Source: a virus. From it: a stretch of 38,819 nt of DNA. The first letter of the stretch is position 1; every line of letters starts with the position of its first letter. The notes beneath the pieces are model-generated. The model ran no database searches and had not been told where the DNA came from. It saw only the letters and a list, made by a program, of their open reading frames with translations. Positions 10,301 through 17,200 of this stretch are shown in pieces. The DNA lies in the IMG/VR virus record IMGVR_UViG_3300003663_000001; one strand, 5' to 3'. The translations under genes were made by a program, and so were the position numbers.

Positions 10301-13300
10301 TGTGAACCGTCATACTCCCGCACCCGGTCGGTGTTGAAGGTATCGTTATAGAGCCTGGTCAGGCGAACACGGCGGGCATCGTCTTTCCAGATCCAGCGGC
10401 GGAACTCGGCCTTTACTCGCTGGATCTTCTCGTTGGCGGCGTTGGTGGCGGATTCGTTGATAACGGTGGTGCTTTCGTCCACTCGATCACGAATCACAAT
10501 GCTCTTGTCGTTTGCCGCGGCGGTCAGGATATCGCTCACCTGCGCACGGTCGGTACCGTATTGGCTTTCAGCGGCGGTGGTCGGGCTGCCTTTGATGTTC
10601 CACTTGGCCATTACCGGGTTGTAGGTTGCCTTGCCGTTGGCGTTACCCAGGATATGGTCGGCAAACTCGGTCACCACTTCCGGTGGCAACCAGTGGGCGC
10701 CAGGCTTCACCCGGATATCGACGGCTTCAATGTCCTCCGGCTGCACGTCCTTCAGGGCCTGCACGTTGCGCTCAAAGCGCGGCATATCCTTGGCCATGCG
10801 CTCGGCCATTGCCAGCTTCTGCTTCACGTTGCCAGACAGGTATTCGTCGCGGGATTCCCAATTATTGGGCGTACTCTCGAAAACCAGGTCGCCAAGCTCG
10901 GCCACAATGGCGCTTTCCGTCTTGCCGTACAGCTGGCTCATGTACTCCATATCCACCCGGCCCTTTTCGGACAGGCTGGCGGTCAGTGCGTCCTTGGCAG
11001 TGGTGGCCTTTTCCGGTGCCTTGTAAGGCTGCTGTGTCCGGGTCCGGAAGATGGCGGCCTTCTCGGCACTCGGCTTGCGCGGGGTTTCCCCGGTGCGCTT
11101 CGCTACGGTCGGGCTGATCCCCTTGTCAAAGGATTCTTCCAGGGCGGCCAGCTGCGGCCAGGTTGGATCATCCCGGAACAGTCGCTTGTTGGCATCCAGG
11201 TTGATGGGTCCGTTCTTCTTTACGAACTGGTCATACACCCGGTTGAGTCGGTCACGCAGTGCGCCCAGGGCCTCATCCTTCACGTTCTCGGTCAGCTGCG
11301 CCTTACGCAAATCCGCGAACACGTCACGGACCTTAATCAGACCACGCACCCGTTCTTCGGCCTTTTTGCTCGGCATTTCCACGGGCTCAGACCGGGCCTG
11401 CCCCATTTCGCTTTCCAGTCGGATGCTGATCTGGTCGCCATCCAGGAACATGCTGCCCACCTTCACGTTCTCCACGCTGGTCGGCAGGGTTACTTCCTCG
11501 GATACCGGCTCAGTGGTGGCGGCGTCCATAAAGTCTTTCGGCAGGCTGGCCATGGCTTCCTGCAGTAGCGCGTTGGTGTCCTGCCCCTGCCTTGCCACCA
11601 GGGCGGGCTCATTCGGCCCGTACATCGAACCGTAGGCGCCCCATTCACCCAGCATCATTCCCGGATTGCGGTCGAAGTATTCATTCAAGGGAACGTCGAT
11701 ACCATTGGCATCCTTCACGGTGTTGACCACGGACCAGGATTCACCAGACGGCTGCTCACCTTCCCGGCGCTTACGCAGAAAAATGATATCGGTGGTGACT
11801 TCGGTACCGGCGTTCTTCAGGAATGCGTTGTTGGGCAGTCTCACGGCGCCCAGCAAATCGGCACGCTCGGCCAGGTAATCACGCGCCATCTTGTTGTTGC
11901 CGTCCATCAGGCGGCTCGATACCACCATGGCCAGCACGCCATTGGGCTTCAGTCCGGCCATAGACTTGGCGAAGAAGTAATTGTGAATGCTCATTTTCGA
12001 CAAGGCTTTACGCTTGCCGTCATACAGCTTCTGGTTACCAAACGGCGGGTTGCCAATGGCCAGGTCAAAATAGCCATCCGGCATGTTGAACTCTTGGAAT
12101 CCCATCGGTGCCTGAATGTTGGCACCAGGGTACAGCTTCTGTGCAATGCCCCCGGTGATATGGTCCAGCTCCACCCCGGCAATGCTGCTCTTGGATCTCA
12201 CGCCACCCGGCATGAATCCCAGGAAGTTGCCGGTACCAACGGACGGCTCCAGCACGCGGCCACCCTGAAAGCCCATGTTCTTCACGGCCTTCCAGATCTC
12301 GGTGACGATCTCCGGGCTGGTGTAGTGGGCATCCTGCGTACTGCGGCGGGCTGCATCGTATTCCGCTTCGGTCAATGCTTCCTGCAGCTGCTTGGCTTCC
12401 TTCTCCCAGCCTTTGGTTATCTTGCCACGGTCACCTACAAACGCTTGAGGCAGGCCACCCCAGCCCACATACCCGGCCAGGATCTGTTGTTCCTCCGGTG
12501 TGGCCTGGCGGCCTTCCTCGTTCAGTTGCTTCAGGGTCTGGATAGCTTTCAGGTTGTTCTTGAACTTGGTTTTGGCTCCGCCAGCACCAATGTTCATTTC
12601 CGGCGTCAGTGTGAAGAACTTGGCCGGCCTGTCGCCTGCTGGCTCTGATCTCTGCGTTGTTGCGCCTTTTGGCGTTGGCGCCTTCTTTGCCGCTTTTTCT
12701 GTCGCATCTACGCTTCCCTCAGATCCTCGGGTTGCGGGCTGTCCGCTTCCAGCGTCCTGCTCATCGTCTGCAGGGCGTCGCTCAGTATCGCGGGCCCGTT
12801 GCCCTCCGGCTTGTCGTTCTCCGGTTCCCCCGGTGGAAACAGGTACCTCTCCCTCGCCATCTGAAACGCCTCGTCCGGCTGGTACCCCGCTTCCTCCAGC
12901 TGACTCACCTGCTGGTACGTCTGTTCCGCTGCCTGTTTCAGCATCGGTTCCAGTGTCCCCTGCTTCTTCAGGCTCTGATACAGCTTCGGCCTGTTCTCCT
13001 GCCAGTGGCTTCTGGCCTGGTTGATCCAGTTCTGTAGGTTCATCTTTCGTTACCCTTTCGGTGGCGGATTTGATTTGTTCAGCTTCCGGAACAAAATAAA
13101 GGCTTCCATCCTTTCCGCTGACAATTACGCCGTCGTGGTCGCCATCTTCCATTCGATCAATGATCTTGTCAGTATTTTGGTCGAAATAGTTCGTCTCATT
13201 GGAGTCAACACTAATAACCAAAGGGTTCTGCATGGACAGGTATGCTTCAATAACGCGAGGCGAGTCGCCGGCCCTCTGGTTCCCGTCATTATCTTCCGGC

Positions 13301-15588
13301 TCAGTGTAAAACTCCGCATCTTCCCGGTCAGAATGGAAGTGAGCACCCCTCAATCCTTCTTCGGTGTACGGGGTGTTCTCGCCGGTTCGATCCATGTCGA
13401 ACGTGTCGAAGTCCTGACGGGTGCCGTGATAAACCACCAACGGATCGCCGTTTTCGTCCACCACTTTGCTGTCGCCAAACCAACGGTCAAAGTCATTTAC
13501 CGGCTCTGATCGCTCGGCAGTATCACCCTGAGCACCTTGGTTCCCGGTGGCAGGCTGGCCAGAAACCCCGGTGTCACCTCCGGACCTTGTGACGCCTGGC
13601 GGCGTTTCGCCCCGGCCGGTCAGATCATCCTCAAGCAACGCCTGGCGCATTTCATCCTGTGTCATTTCATCGACACGGCGGCGGGTTTGGGTGTCTTGCC
13701 TGCGCTCTACGTTGGCTGTTTCCTGATAAGTGCGCTTCAGCCTGGCAATAGACTGCCGGCCAATTTCCGGCTTCATACTACGGTGTGTTTCCAGCGGCAC
13801 GCCTTCCGCCACTTTCTCGATACGGTTACCCTGTCGCGGGCTGAACTCCAGCGGCTTTCCTGCCGGCGTTGTCATAATGGTGTAGGCGCCGTTTGGCGTT
13901 ACTTCTGCGTACACGTCCAGGGTTTCGGGCGCACCCTCTGCCGCGTCAGGTTCCGGCTCCGTTGCCGGTGCATCAAGGTCCGACAGCCGCTGGCGGGCTT
14001 CCTCGGTCGGCATATCCCACAACTGCGCATCATCCACACCCGCTTCCCGCAACTGGTTACGTTCAAACGGTGTCAGATCATCAGCGGCCTGCCCGGTTTC
14101 CTGTTCTGCTTCTGGCTCAGGCTCTGGCCGGTCGGATTCCTCTGGCGGTTCCTCCACGGCTGGCGGCCTGCTGGCGATCAGCGGCACGTTGACGTTACCG
14201 GGCATTTCACCCTGGCGCGGCGCGATATCAATGCCTCGTTCCTTCAGCTTTTGCGCTACCAGGTCACCCATGGTCGGGCGCTCCGGTGCCCGTACCTGTT
14301 CCATCTGTGCCTGTGAAGGGTCCAGGGCTGCGGTGGCGGCCTGGTCTGCCGGCCCAAATTCGGCGGCTCTGGCCTGGCGGTTGATCTCTCGTGCAACCTG
14401 GCGCTCTGGTCCACCCTTGGCAGCTGCGCTGGCGGTACCGGCTGCGGTGCCATAGGTTCCGCCAGCAACGAAACCAGCAAGGCCTCGGTCAGCGGCTTCG
14501 GAAAAACTCATCGCGGCATCGGTACCAAAACGCTCACCAACGTATTCGACCACACCTTCCTGGAACAGCTCGGTTGTGGCTTCTTTCGCGCCAGCCCCGG
14601 CGCCACCAGCTGCTACCCGGGCAAGTCCATTTCTCATGGCCAGTTTGCCAACGGATTCAGCCCCGGCCTTTGTGATCCCCTTCGCACCATAACGCTCCAA
14701 TATGGCAGAGCCTAGGGCGAACGGCGCGGCTTGCAGCACGTCAGTCAGTTCAGCCTTTTCCTTGCCCTTGTTCTTCGCTCGGACCTCACCCATTTCACCA
14801 GAACGGGCAATCACATATCCGGGCAGTGACATGGTAACCGCCACCATATCCGGAATGGATTTTATGCCCTGCTCAAAACCGTACTGCAGAACTTCACCCC
14901 AGGCAGATCCAGACAGCGGCCCGTTCTGGCTGAATTCAAACTTCACCTGCTCCCAGGTGTTATCCGGCACATAACCGGCGTCTAGGTTCTTCAGGTTTTC
15001 GGCGGCAACGTCCAGGGCCTCAGTGCCACCTTGCGCCTTATACTCGGCGTATTCCTTGCCATTCAGGTATTTCGGTACCAGTCCGTCATCCCATACAAAG
15101 CCTCCCATGGAAAAGGCTTCTTCCCCGGCCTCAGCCCCGGCATTGATGGCGGTCAGTACGCCACCACCAAGATCACCTACACGCTCGGCGGCACCACGGG
15201 CGGCGTTGTAGTCCTGCACTTCTTCCCATGATCCAGTGGCGCCCCTGGTTGGCTCTGGTGGTAGTTCATAGCTTCCGGTGGCCCCATTGGGTCCGGATTG
15301 CTCGATCTGTGCAGGCTGTGTCTGCTCAGGCTTAATAGGCGGGAATGTACGTCCGGCGTTAGAGTTATTCGGAGTGCCTGCCTCCGCTGAATCCTTCGTC
15401 CTGTCGCTACCAGAAAACCATTGAAACCAGCTATCTCCTTCAGGCTCTTTGGCTTGCTCCTGGTTGTCGCCATATAGCTCGTTGTGCCAGCTGGCCAGCT
15501 CTCTTGCACCCTCGGTATCTCCTGCCAGGTGCGCCTTCTCAAGCGCGTTTAGTAACTGATCCTTGGAAGGCTGCTGGTTCTCGCTCAT
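4309..15588 (-). CDS. Giant multidomain (polyvalent, DarB-like) virion-module protein, 3759 aa: ART-like + N6-adenine MTase + SF2 helicase + HExxH metallopeptidase + long uncharacterised C-terminus
   Basis: Uninterrupted ORF. Start placed at the ATG at 15588 ('MSENQQ', GAGG upstream, 7 nt after the upstream stop) rather than at 15657. Domain motifs are listed as separate features. It lies between the internal-protein candidates and the tailspike. Confidence 0.85.
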   Translation of the reverse strand: MSENQQPSKDQLLNALEKAHLAGDTEGARELASWHNELYGDNQEQAKEPEGDSWFQWFSGSDRTKDSAEAGTPNNSNAGRTFPPIKPEQTQPAQIEQSGPNGATGSYELPPEPTRGATGSWEEVQDYNAARGAAERVGDLGGGVLTAINAGAEAGEEAFSMGGFVWDDGLVPKYLNGKEYAEYKAQGGTEALDVAAENLKNLDAGYVPDNTWEQVKFEFSQNGPLSGSAWGEVLQYGFEQGIKSIPDMVAVTMSLPGYVIARSGEMGEVRAKNKGKEKAELTDVLQAAPFALGSAILERYGAKGITKAGAESVGKLAMRNGLARVAAGGAGAGAKEATTELFQEGVVEYVGERFGTDAAMSFSEAADRGLAGFVAGGTYGTAAGTASAAAKGGPERQVAREINRQARAAEFGPADQAATAALDPSQAQMEQVRAPERPTMGDLVAQKLKERGIDIAPRQGEMPGNVNVPLIASRPPAVEEPPEESDRPEPEPEAEQETGQAADDLTPFERNQLREAGVDDAQLWDMPTEEARQRLSDLDAPATEPEPDAAEGAPETLDVYAEVTPNGAYTIMTTPAGKPLEFSPRQGNRIEKVAEGVPLETHRSMKPEIGRQSIARLKRTYQETANVERRQDTQTRRRVDEMTQDEMRQALLEDDLTGRGETPPGVTRSGGDTGVSGQPATGNQGAQGDTAERSEPVNDFDRWFGDSKVVDENGDPLVVYHGTRQDFDTFDMDRTGENTPYTEEGLRGAHFHSDREDAEFYTEPEDNDGNQRAGDSPRVIEAYLSMQNPLVISVDSNETNYFDQNTDKIIDRMEDGDHDGVIVSGKDGSLYFVPEAEQIKSATERVTKDEPTELDQPGQKPLAGEQAEAVSEPEEAGDTGTDAETGSGTDVPAGESAGGSGVPAGRGVSDGEGEVPVSTGGTGERQAGGQRARDTERRPADDEQDAGSGQPATRGSEGSVDATEKAAKKAPTPKGATTQRSEPAGDRPAKFFTLTPEMNIGAGGAKTKFKNNLKAIQTLKQLNEEGRQATPEEQQILAGYVGWGGLPQAFVGDRGKITKGWEKEAKQLQEALTEAEYDAARRSTQDAHYTSPEIVTEIWKAVKNMGFQGGRVLEPSVGTGNFLGFMPGGVRSKSSIAGVELDHITGGIAQKLYPGANIQAPMGFQEFNMPDGYFDLAIGNPPFGNQKLYDGKRKALSKMSIHNYFFAKSMAGLKPNGVLAMVVSSRLMDGNNKMARDYLAERADLLGAVRLPNNAFLKNAGTEVTTDIIFLRKRREGEQPSGESWSVVNTVKDANGIDVPLNEYFDRNPGMMLGEWGAYGSMYGPNEPALVARQGQDTNALLQEAMASLPKDFMDAATTEPVSEEVTLPTSVENVKVGSMFLDGDQISIRLESEMGQARSEPVEMPSKKAEERVRGLIKVRDVFADLRKAQLTENVKDEALGALRDRLNRVYDQFVKKNGPINLDANKRLFRDDPTWPQLAALEESFDKGISPTVAKRTGETPRKPSAEKAAIFRTRTQQPYKAPEKATTAKDALTASLSEKGRVDMEYMSQLYGKTESAIVAELGDLVFESTPNNWESRDEYLSGNVKQKLAMAERMAKDMPRFERNVQALKDVQPEDIEAVDIRVKPGAHWLPPEVVTEFADHILGNANGKATYNPVMAKWNIKGSPTTAAESQYGTDRAQVSDILTAAANDKSIVIRDRVDESTTVINESATNAANEKIQRVKAEFRRWIWKDDARRVRLTRLYNDTFNTDRVREYDGSHLTFPGKVGDDIVKLRPHQANAAWRIVQSGTTLLDHVVGAGKTFTMIAGAMELRRTGRAKKPMFVVPNHLVGQWAEDFTKLYPNANILAATKKDFEKGNRKRLFARIATGDWDAVIVAHSSFGKVEMDAEFQERFINQQIRDIDTAISTIRDQEGKGARSIKQIEKQKERLQERLKRLFDAENKDDNLTFGELGVDALFLDEAHEFKNLGFATSMTRVAGLGNPQGSQKAADMFMKVQSILERTGGNNVVFATGTPISNTMAEMYTMQRFLDYQTLQDQGIAHFDAWASMYGEVVTDWELSPTGSYKLNSRFSKFVNLPELMQRYLTFGDVVNRDDINKQLAAQGKRLPVPKIKGGKPNNIVVERSEDQADYIGVPVQDERGNEVYPKGSLVWRAEHLPKKPEKGADNMLKIMSDARKAALDMRLIDPALYADNPDSKINEAASRIKALYDQWSDDKGAQLVFIDLSTPKGAKAQEANRIRDLIQRAEDGDEAASEQLDRMSPDELEALDGDFSVYDDLRQKLINLGIPESEVAYIHDANTELQKAELFAKVRTGRVRVLMGSTAKMGAGMNVQTRLVGLHHMDAPWRPSDLEQREGRIIRQGNELYDRDPDGFEIEINRYATKQTLDSRMWQTIETKARFIEQVRKGNTKQREIEDLGAESANAAEMKAASSGNPLILEEMDLRQKLRKLEQAEEEHDREQFRIRDAIRREKSIVERGKDRLLKYAQDVKKAKAAPKDFTITVNGQTFDKHKDAGQEILAEAAKMSDAGTESKAIGSYAGFSMTLDNVTGTRFVLTLDGAMEHQVDIKDIGSADATGLARRVTNTISAIDAEAKQQAARVKQAERDLPKLEEQVQEWDQAEELSKVKARHQLVIAELQPKKDQDATNQDATSAMMSDMGADVPMPQWQPPYSMTGVPRRPDNGRFTLGDRTVTLKPEEKPTRREGIRFMLQDLIGKRIYFGKVRGKSKLGFYRSNNSEVRVKNYDDVEVMAHEMAHYLDMHYRYNKRFTREYKDSKYRKEVEALSYTSKKNLKAKEGFAEFVRLWLTNYSEAKARAPLFTQRFEQVMKDDAVLDRKMKRLQDEMHRWYLQGPRAQLRAKSGRELTASQQILEYQNSYPLERYRQQVIDKIHAAKVVERTLKGEVGEATVSPYKQFQMVNGAESVHEAVIQDGTPRLTDDGYFEFSGKGLEEVFKPATKHGWRRFDDLMEYFKARRGQELKKQGRENLFTDQEIDAGLALGQKHPEFPQIFSEFQKFNDRMLDFYVQMGLIDESQRKAFKKMNQNYVPFHRVIERIEDGREMGVSEIGKRLTGGTQNTRDIAENIVDGLQANIRAAIIARAKATLYNDIMNSQDGALFAAKIAPDSKKVQVEQAQMAAKMAEAMAEMGLTVSKDGMIMAGDPDAQVTDVEDIAAALEANPALLSFWTFGHKPQTTETYVDSAVVNGKRVYFEVHEPLLVDMLTGLRGLRSGAVMNALYRVKNLQTRTVTSMFQFLGPNAVRDTVSAAIMSRNRFIPVYSTLRGMAHFMFNTQTYKDFRLQGGGYGTRIEARTQETRDRRRLDLPSESGWDAAAKFLAGWDRFTSAFEYGSRIGDYELGVKSGTSPMEAAWEAREIATDFSKMGRNELWAKFLRTVPFMNAGIQGLDKAAREFSEIRGEMKGTNLARLTDKKAVFLMKGSVLTMMSVILWLLNQDDERYQQLTPDQKARFWWIFIPGADTPFKIPRPYDLGHIFATLPEVGLDYVKNRDGKEASEHLAWALVNTVGIGDYPGILQPWIEIQRNEKFTGAPVVPHYMMDIPAEYQYTDRTPIMYRKLGEYLGVSPLVAEHYSKGFLRYVEMIIADASEAALWKQDDWGPRPFNRGTPIDYMTHQFVGQKVPYRTKWTEGYWDLKVKAAAAQQTFNMLQREAIRDPSKAPEFAGDKVNQILIGLNGAFNQIDSAFEDQQEIIASYKYNDNMTAEQKEAAIESYYEQKNRALEKFYRQAKDALEQVHEEMP
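7100..7450 (-). other. Zincin-like metallopeptidase motif region of the giant protein
   Basis: 'VEVMAHEMAHYLDMH', with HEMAH at 7312-7326. The domain limits are approximate. Confidence 0.5.
8480..10262 (-). other. Superfamily-2 (SNF2/DEAD-like) helicase domain of the giant protein
   Basis: Walker A 'VGAGKTFT' (10174-10188), motif II 'LDEAHEFKN' (DEAH at 9691-9702) and motif VI 'QREGRIIRQGN' (8491-8523). Confidence 0.8.
11640..12625 (-). other. N6-adenine DNA methyltransferase domain of the giant protein
   Basis: SAM motif I 'VLEPSVGTGNFLGF' (12223-12249) and catalytic motif IV 'IGNPPFG' (12037-12051). It is preceded by 'LAGYVGWGGLPQAF', typical of methylase-helicase fusion proteins. Confidence 0.8.
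12708..13043 (-). CDS. Candidate overlapping ORF (111 aa) in the +1 frame of the giant gene, confined to its low-complexity linker
   Basis: ATG at 13043, preceded by AAGGG 9 nt upstream and by an in-frame TAA 9 nt upstream; TAG stop at 12708. The translation looks helical and globular ('MNLQNWINQARSHWQENRPKLYQSLKKQGTLEPMLKQAAEQTYQQVSQLEEAGYQPDEAFQMARERYLFPP'). Hand-counted GC3 is 92/111 here, against 43/111 for the giant frame over the same bases. Confidence 0.35.
   Translation of the reverse strand: MNLQNWINQARSHWQENRPKLYQSLKKQGTLEPMLKQAAEQTYQQVSQLEEAGYQPDEAFQMARERYLFPPGEPENDKPEGNGPAILSDALQTMSRTLEADSPQPEDLREA
13066..13500 (-). other. ADP-ribosyltransferase-like domain of the polyvalent-protein type (tentative)
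   Basis: 'FDRWFGDSKVVDENGDPLVVYHGTRQDFDTFD...GAHFHSDREDAEFYT...VIEAYLSMQNPLVI' matches my recollection of the 'WFGDSKVVDxxGxPLVVYHGT' signature of ART-like modules in large phage and plasmid proteins. Confidence 0.4.
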
Positions 15589-15595
15589 TGCTACC

Positions 15596-16480
15596 TCACT
15601 GGCTATACATTTTGAGTAGTTCGTTGCGGTCCATGGTACCGCCCTGACCAAGATCACGCACGCTGATTCCCAGCTGGCGGGCGGCTTGTGTTACCGCTGC
15701 TGAACGTGTTTCAGCCTGGCCTTGTGAGTATAGCTGTGCGGCACGGGTTGTAATGGCCTGCACCTTGGAACGGTTTTCCGGGTTCAGATTTTGCAGGTTG
15801 CCCTGCTGGTCGAAGATCCCACCCAGCAATTCGGCTGCCTGGCGGAACATCAGGCTTTCATCGGATGATTTGAAGTCGCTACCAGATCCGCCAGCCTGCG
15901 CTTTCAGCAAGGCATTGCTGGTGGTGGACTCGATCATCTGACCATCTTTGTAAAGCCGGTCCTCGCCACCAAAGGTGATCTTCTCCGGGTTTTTCAGCAT
16001 GTCGTCCAGCTCACGGGCCCGCGCAAGCCCCATCTGCACAAAGTTGGGGTCATATTCTTCGGGCATGTTCGCGGCGACCTCCGGCGCCAGGTTCTGGCGG
16101 GCACGCTGGTACCGCTGCGCCTGTTCCTCTGGCGTGCCACCCTGCAGGATAAAGGTGCTCACCCGGCCCAGGGTTTCCACATTTTGTTCCATCTGTTTGC
16201 GTTGGCGCTCGTCCATGTTCTTGAACGCTTCCTGCACTTGCGTAGCTTCTTCCGGCGCGAACGCAATCAGCTCACGCTCTGCCTGCTTAGCATCCGGGCC
16301 ACCTGCCGCCATCCGGGAACGCAAGCTGTTCAGTGTCTGGCCACGCTGGCGGGCTTGATCGCGGTCCTCTTTCTTCCAGTCCAGTGCCAGGGCATTGGCC
16401 TTGCGCTGCTGGCGGGAGCCCTTTACCGCTTCCGTGGTGCGGTAGACTTCACCCATATCAATGCCAAACTGATTAGCCAT
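15596..16480 (-). CDS. Hypothetical virion-module protein (internal/ejection protein candidate), 294 aa
   Basis: ORF track. The assignment rests on its position directly upstream of the giant gene. The sequence is helical and Gln/Ala/Arg-rich, and I recognise no motif. Confidence 0.5.
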   Translation of the reverse strand: MANQFGIDMGEVYRTTEAVKGSRQQRKANALALDWKKEDRDQARQRGQTLNSLRSRMAAGGPDAKQAERELIAFAPEEATQVQEAFKNMDERQRKQMEQNVETLGRVSTFILQGGTPEEQAQRYQRARQNLAPEVAANMPEEYDPNFVQMGLARARELDDMLKNPEKITFGGEDRLYKDGQMIESTTSNALLKAQAGGSGSDFKSSDESLMFRQAAELLGGIFDQQGNLQNLNPENRSKVQAITTRAAQLYSQGQAETRSAAVTQAARQLGISVRDLGQGGTMDRNELLKMYSQ

Positions 16481-16489
16481 ATCGGCCCC

Positions 16490-17200
16490 CTATCCTAGTG
16501 CGTTGTATAGCAGGAAGTTTTGCGCACCCTGATTTAATGATTGCGCTGTCCCCTGGTATGCGCTGGCCCTGGCGTTTCCCTGGTTTATTGCACCTTGTGC
16601 CAATGCGTTACCTGTGGCCTGCGTTGCCTGAGTAACATTATTGGCCATGTTGGTCCGGGCATCCTGGTCTGCCTGGTTGGCTACCTGGCCCACGTTTGCC
16701 AGTGTTGCCAGCCTGTTAAATCGTGCGTTTTTGTTGCTGGCATCCAGTTGGTATTCGGTTGCTGCTCGATTAAATGCGTTGCCATATTCCTGACTGGCAA
16801 GGTCTGATCCGTACCGTGTCACGGCGCGGGCCTGAGCTCCAGATTGAAGCCGGCCCCGAGCTGATGCGCTGGCATCCAATGCGTTAATCCCTTCCTGCTT
16901 GCGGAATTGGTATCCAGGGTCAGCCTTGAATTGAAAATTGAAGTCTCCGGTGTTGAAATCGCCAGATTCTACCCCTGCCCTAAGTTCTTTCAGGGATTCT
17001 GCGCCAATCTCACGCCATGGCGCATTATCCTCACGCTGCTGATCGAAAACCTCTTTCTGAAATTCGATTGTTTCACGATTGGCCTGCACCTTCGCATCAG
17101 ATGCCTGCCCGGCTGCCTTGGCCTGCTTATCGGCTCCTTTGCTCGCTGCATAGGCGCCAACTACGGCGCTGCCCGCTATGGCTGTTGCTACTCCTGACAT
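16490..17200 (-). CDS. Hypothetical virion-module protein (internal protein candidate), 236 aa
   Basis: Start moved to the ATG at 17200 with a perfect AGGAGG 6 nt upstream. It has a Gly/Ala-rich hydrophobic N-terminus 'MSGVATAIAGSAVVGAYAA' followed by Gln/Asn/Ala-rich repeats. Confidence 0.55.
   Translation of the reverse strand: MSGVATAIAGSAVVGAYAASKGADKQAKAAGQASDAKVQANRETIEFQKEVFDQQREDNAPWREIGAESLKELRAGVESGDFNTGDFNFQFKADPGYQFRKQEGINALDASASARGRLQSGAQARAVTRYGSDLASQEYGNAFNRAATEYQLDASNKNARFNRLATLANVGQVANQADQDARTNMANNVTQATQATGNALAQGAINQGNARASAYQGTAQSLNQGAQNFLLYNALG

Noticed and set aside
15589-15657. A 23-codon N-terminal extension of the giant ORF ('MILVRAVPWTATNYSKCIASEVA'). Similar upstream extensions exist for ORFs 16490..17287, 17188..18081, 18366..18998, 29274..29909, 29876..30385, 30271..30864, 34051..34446, 37337..37660, 37624..38064 and 37892..38140.
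   Set aside because: The extensions overlap the preceding gene, have shadow-like composition and lack ribosome-binding sites. In each case an internal ATG has a good GGAG-type site or an ATGA coupling junction.
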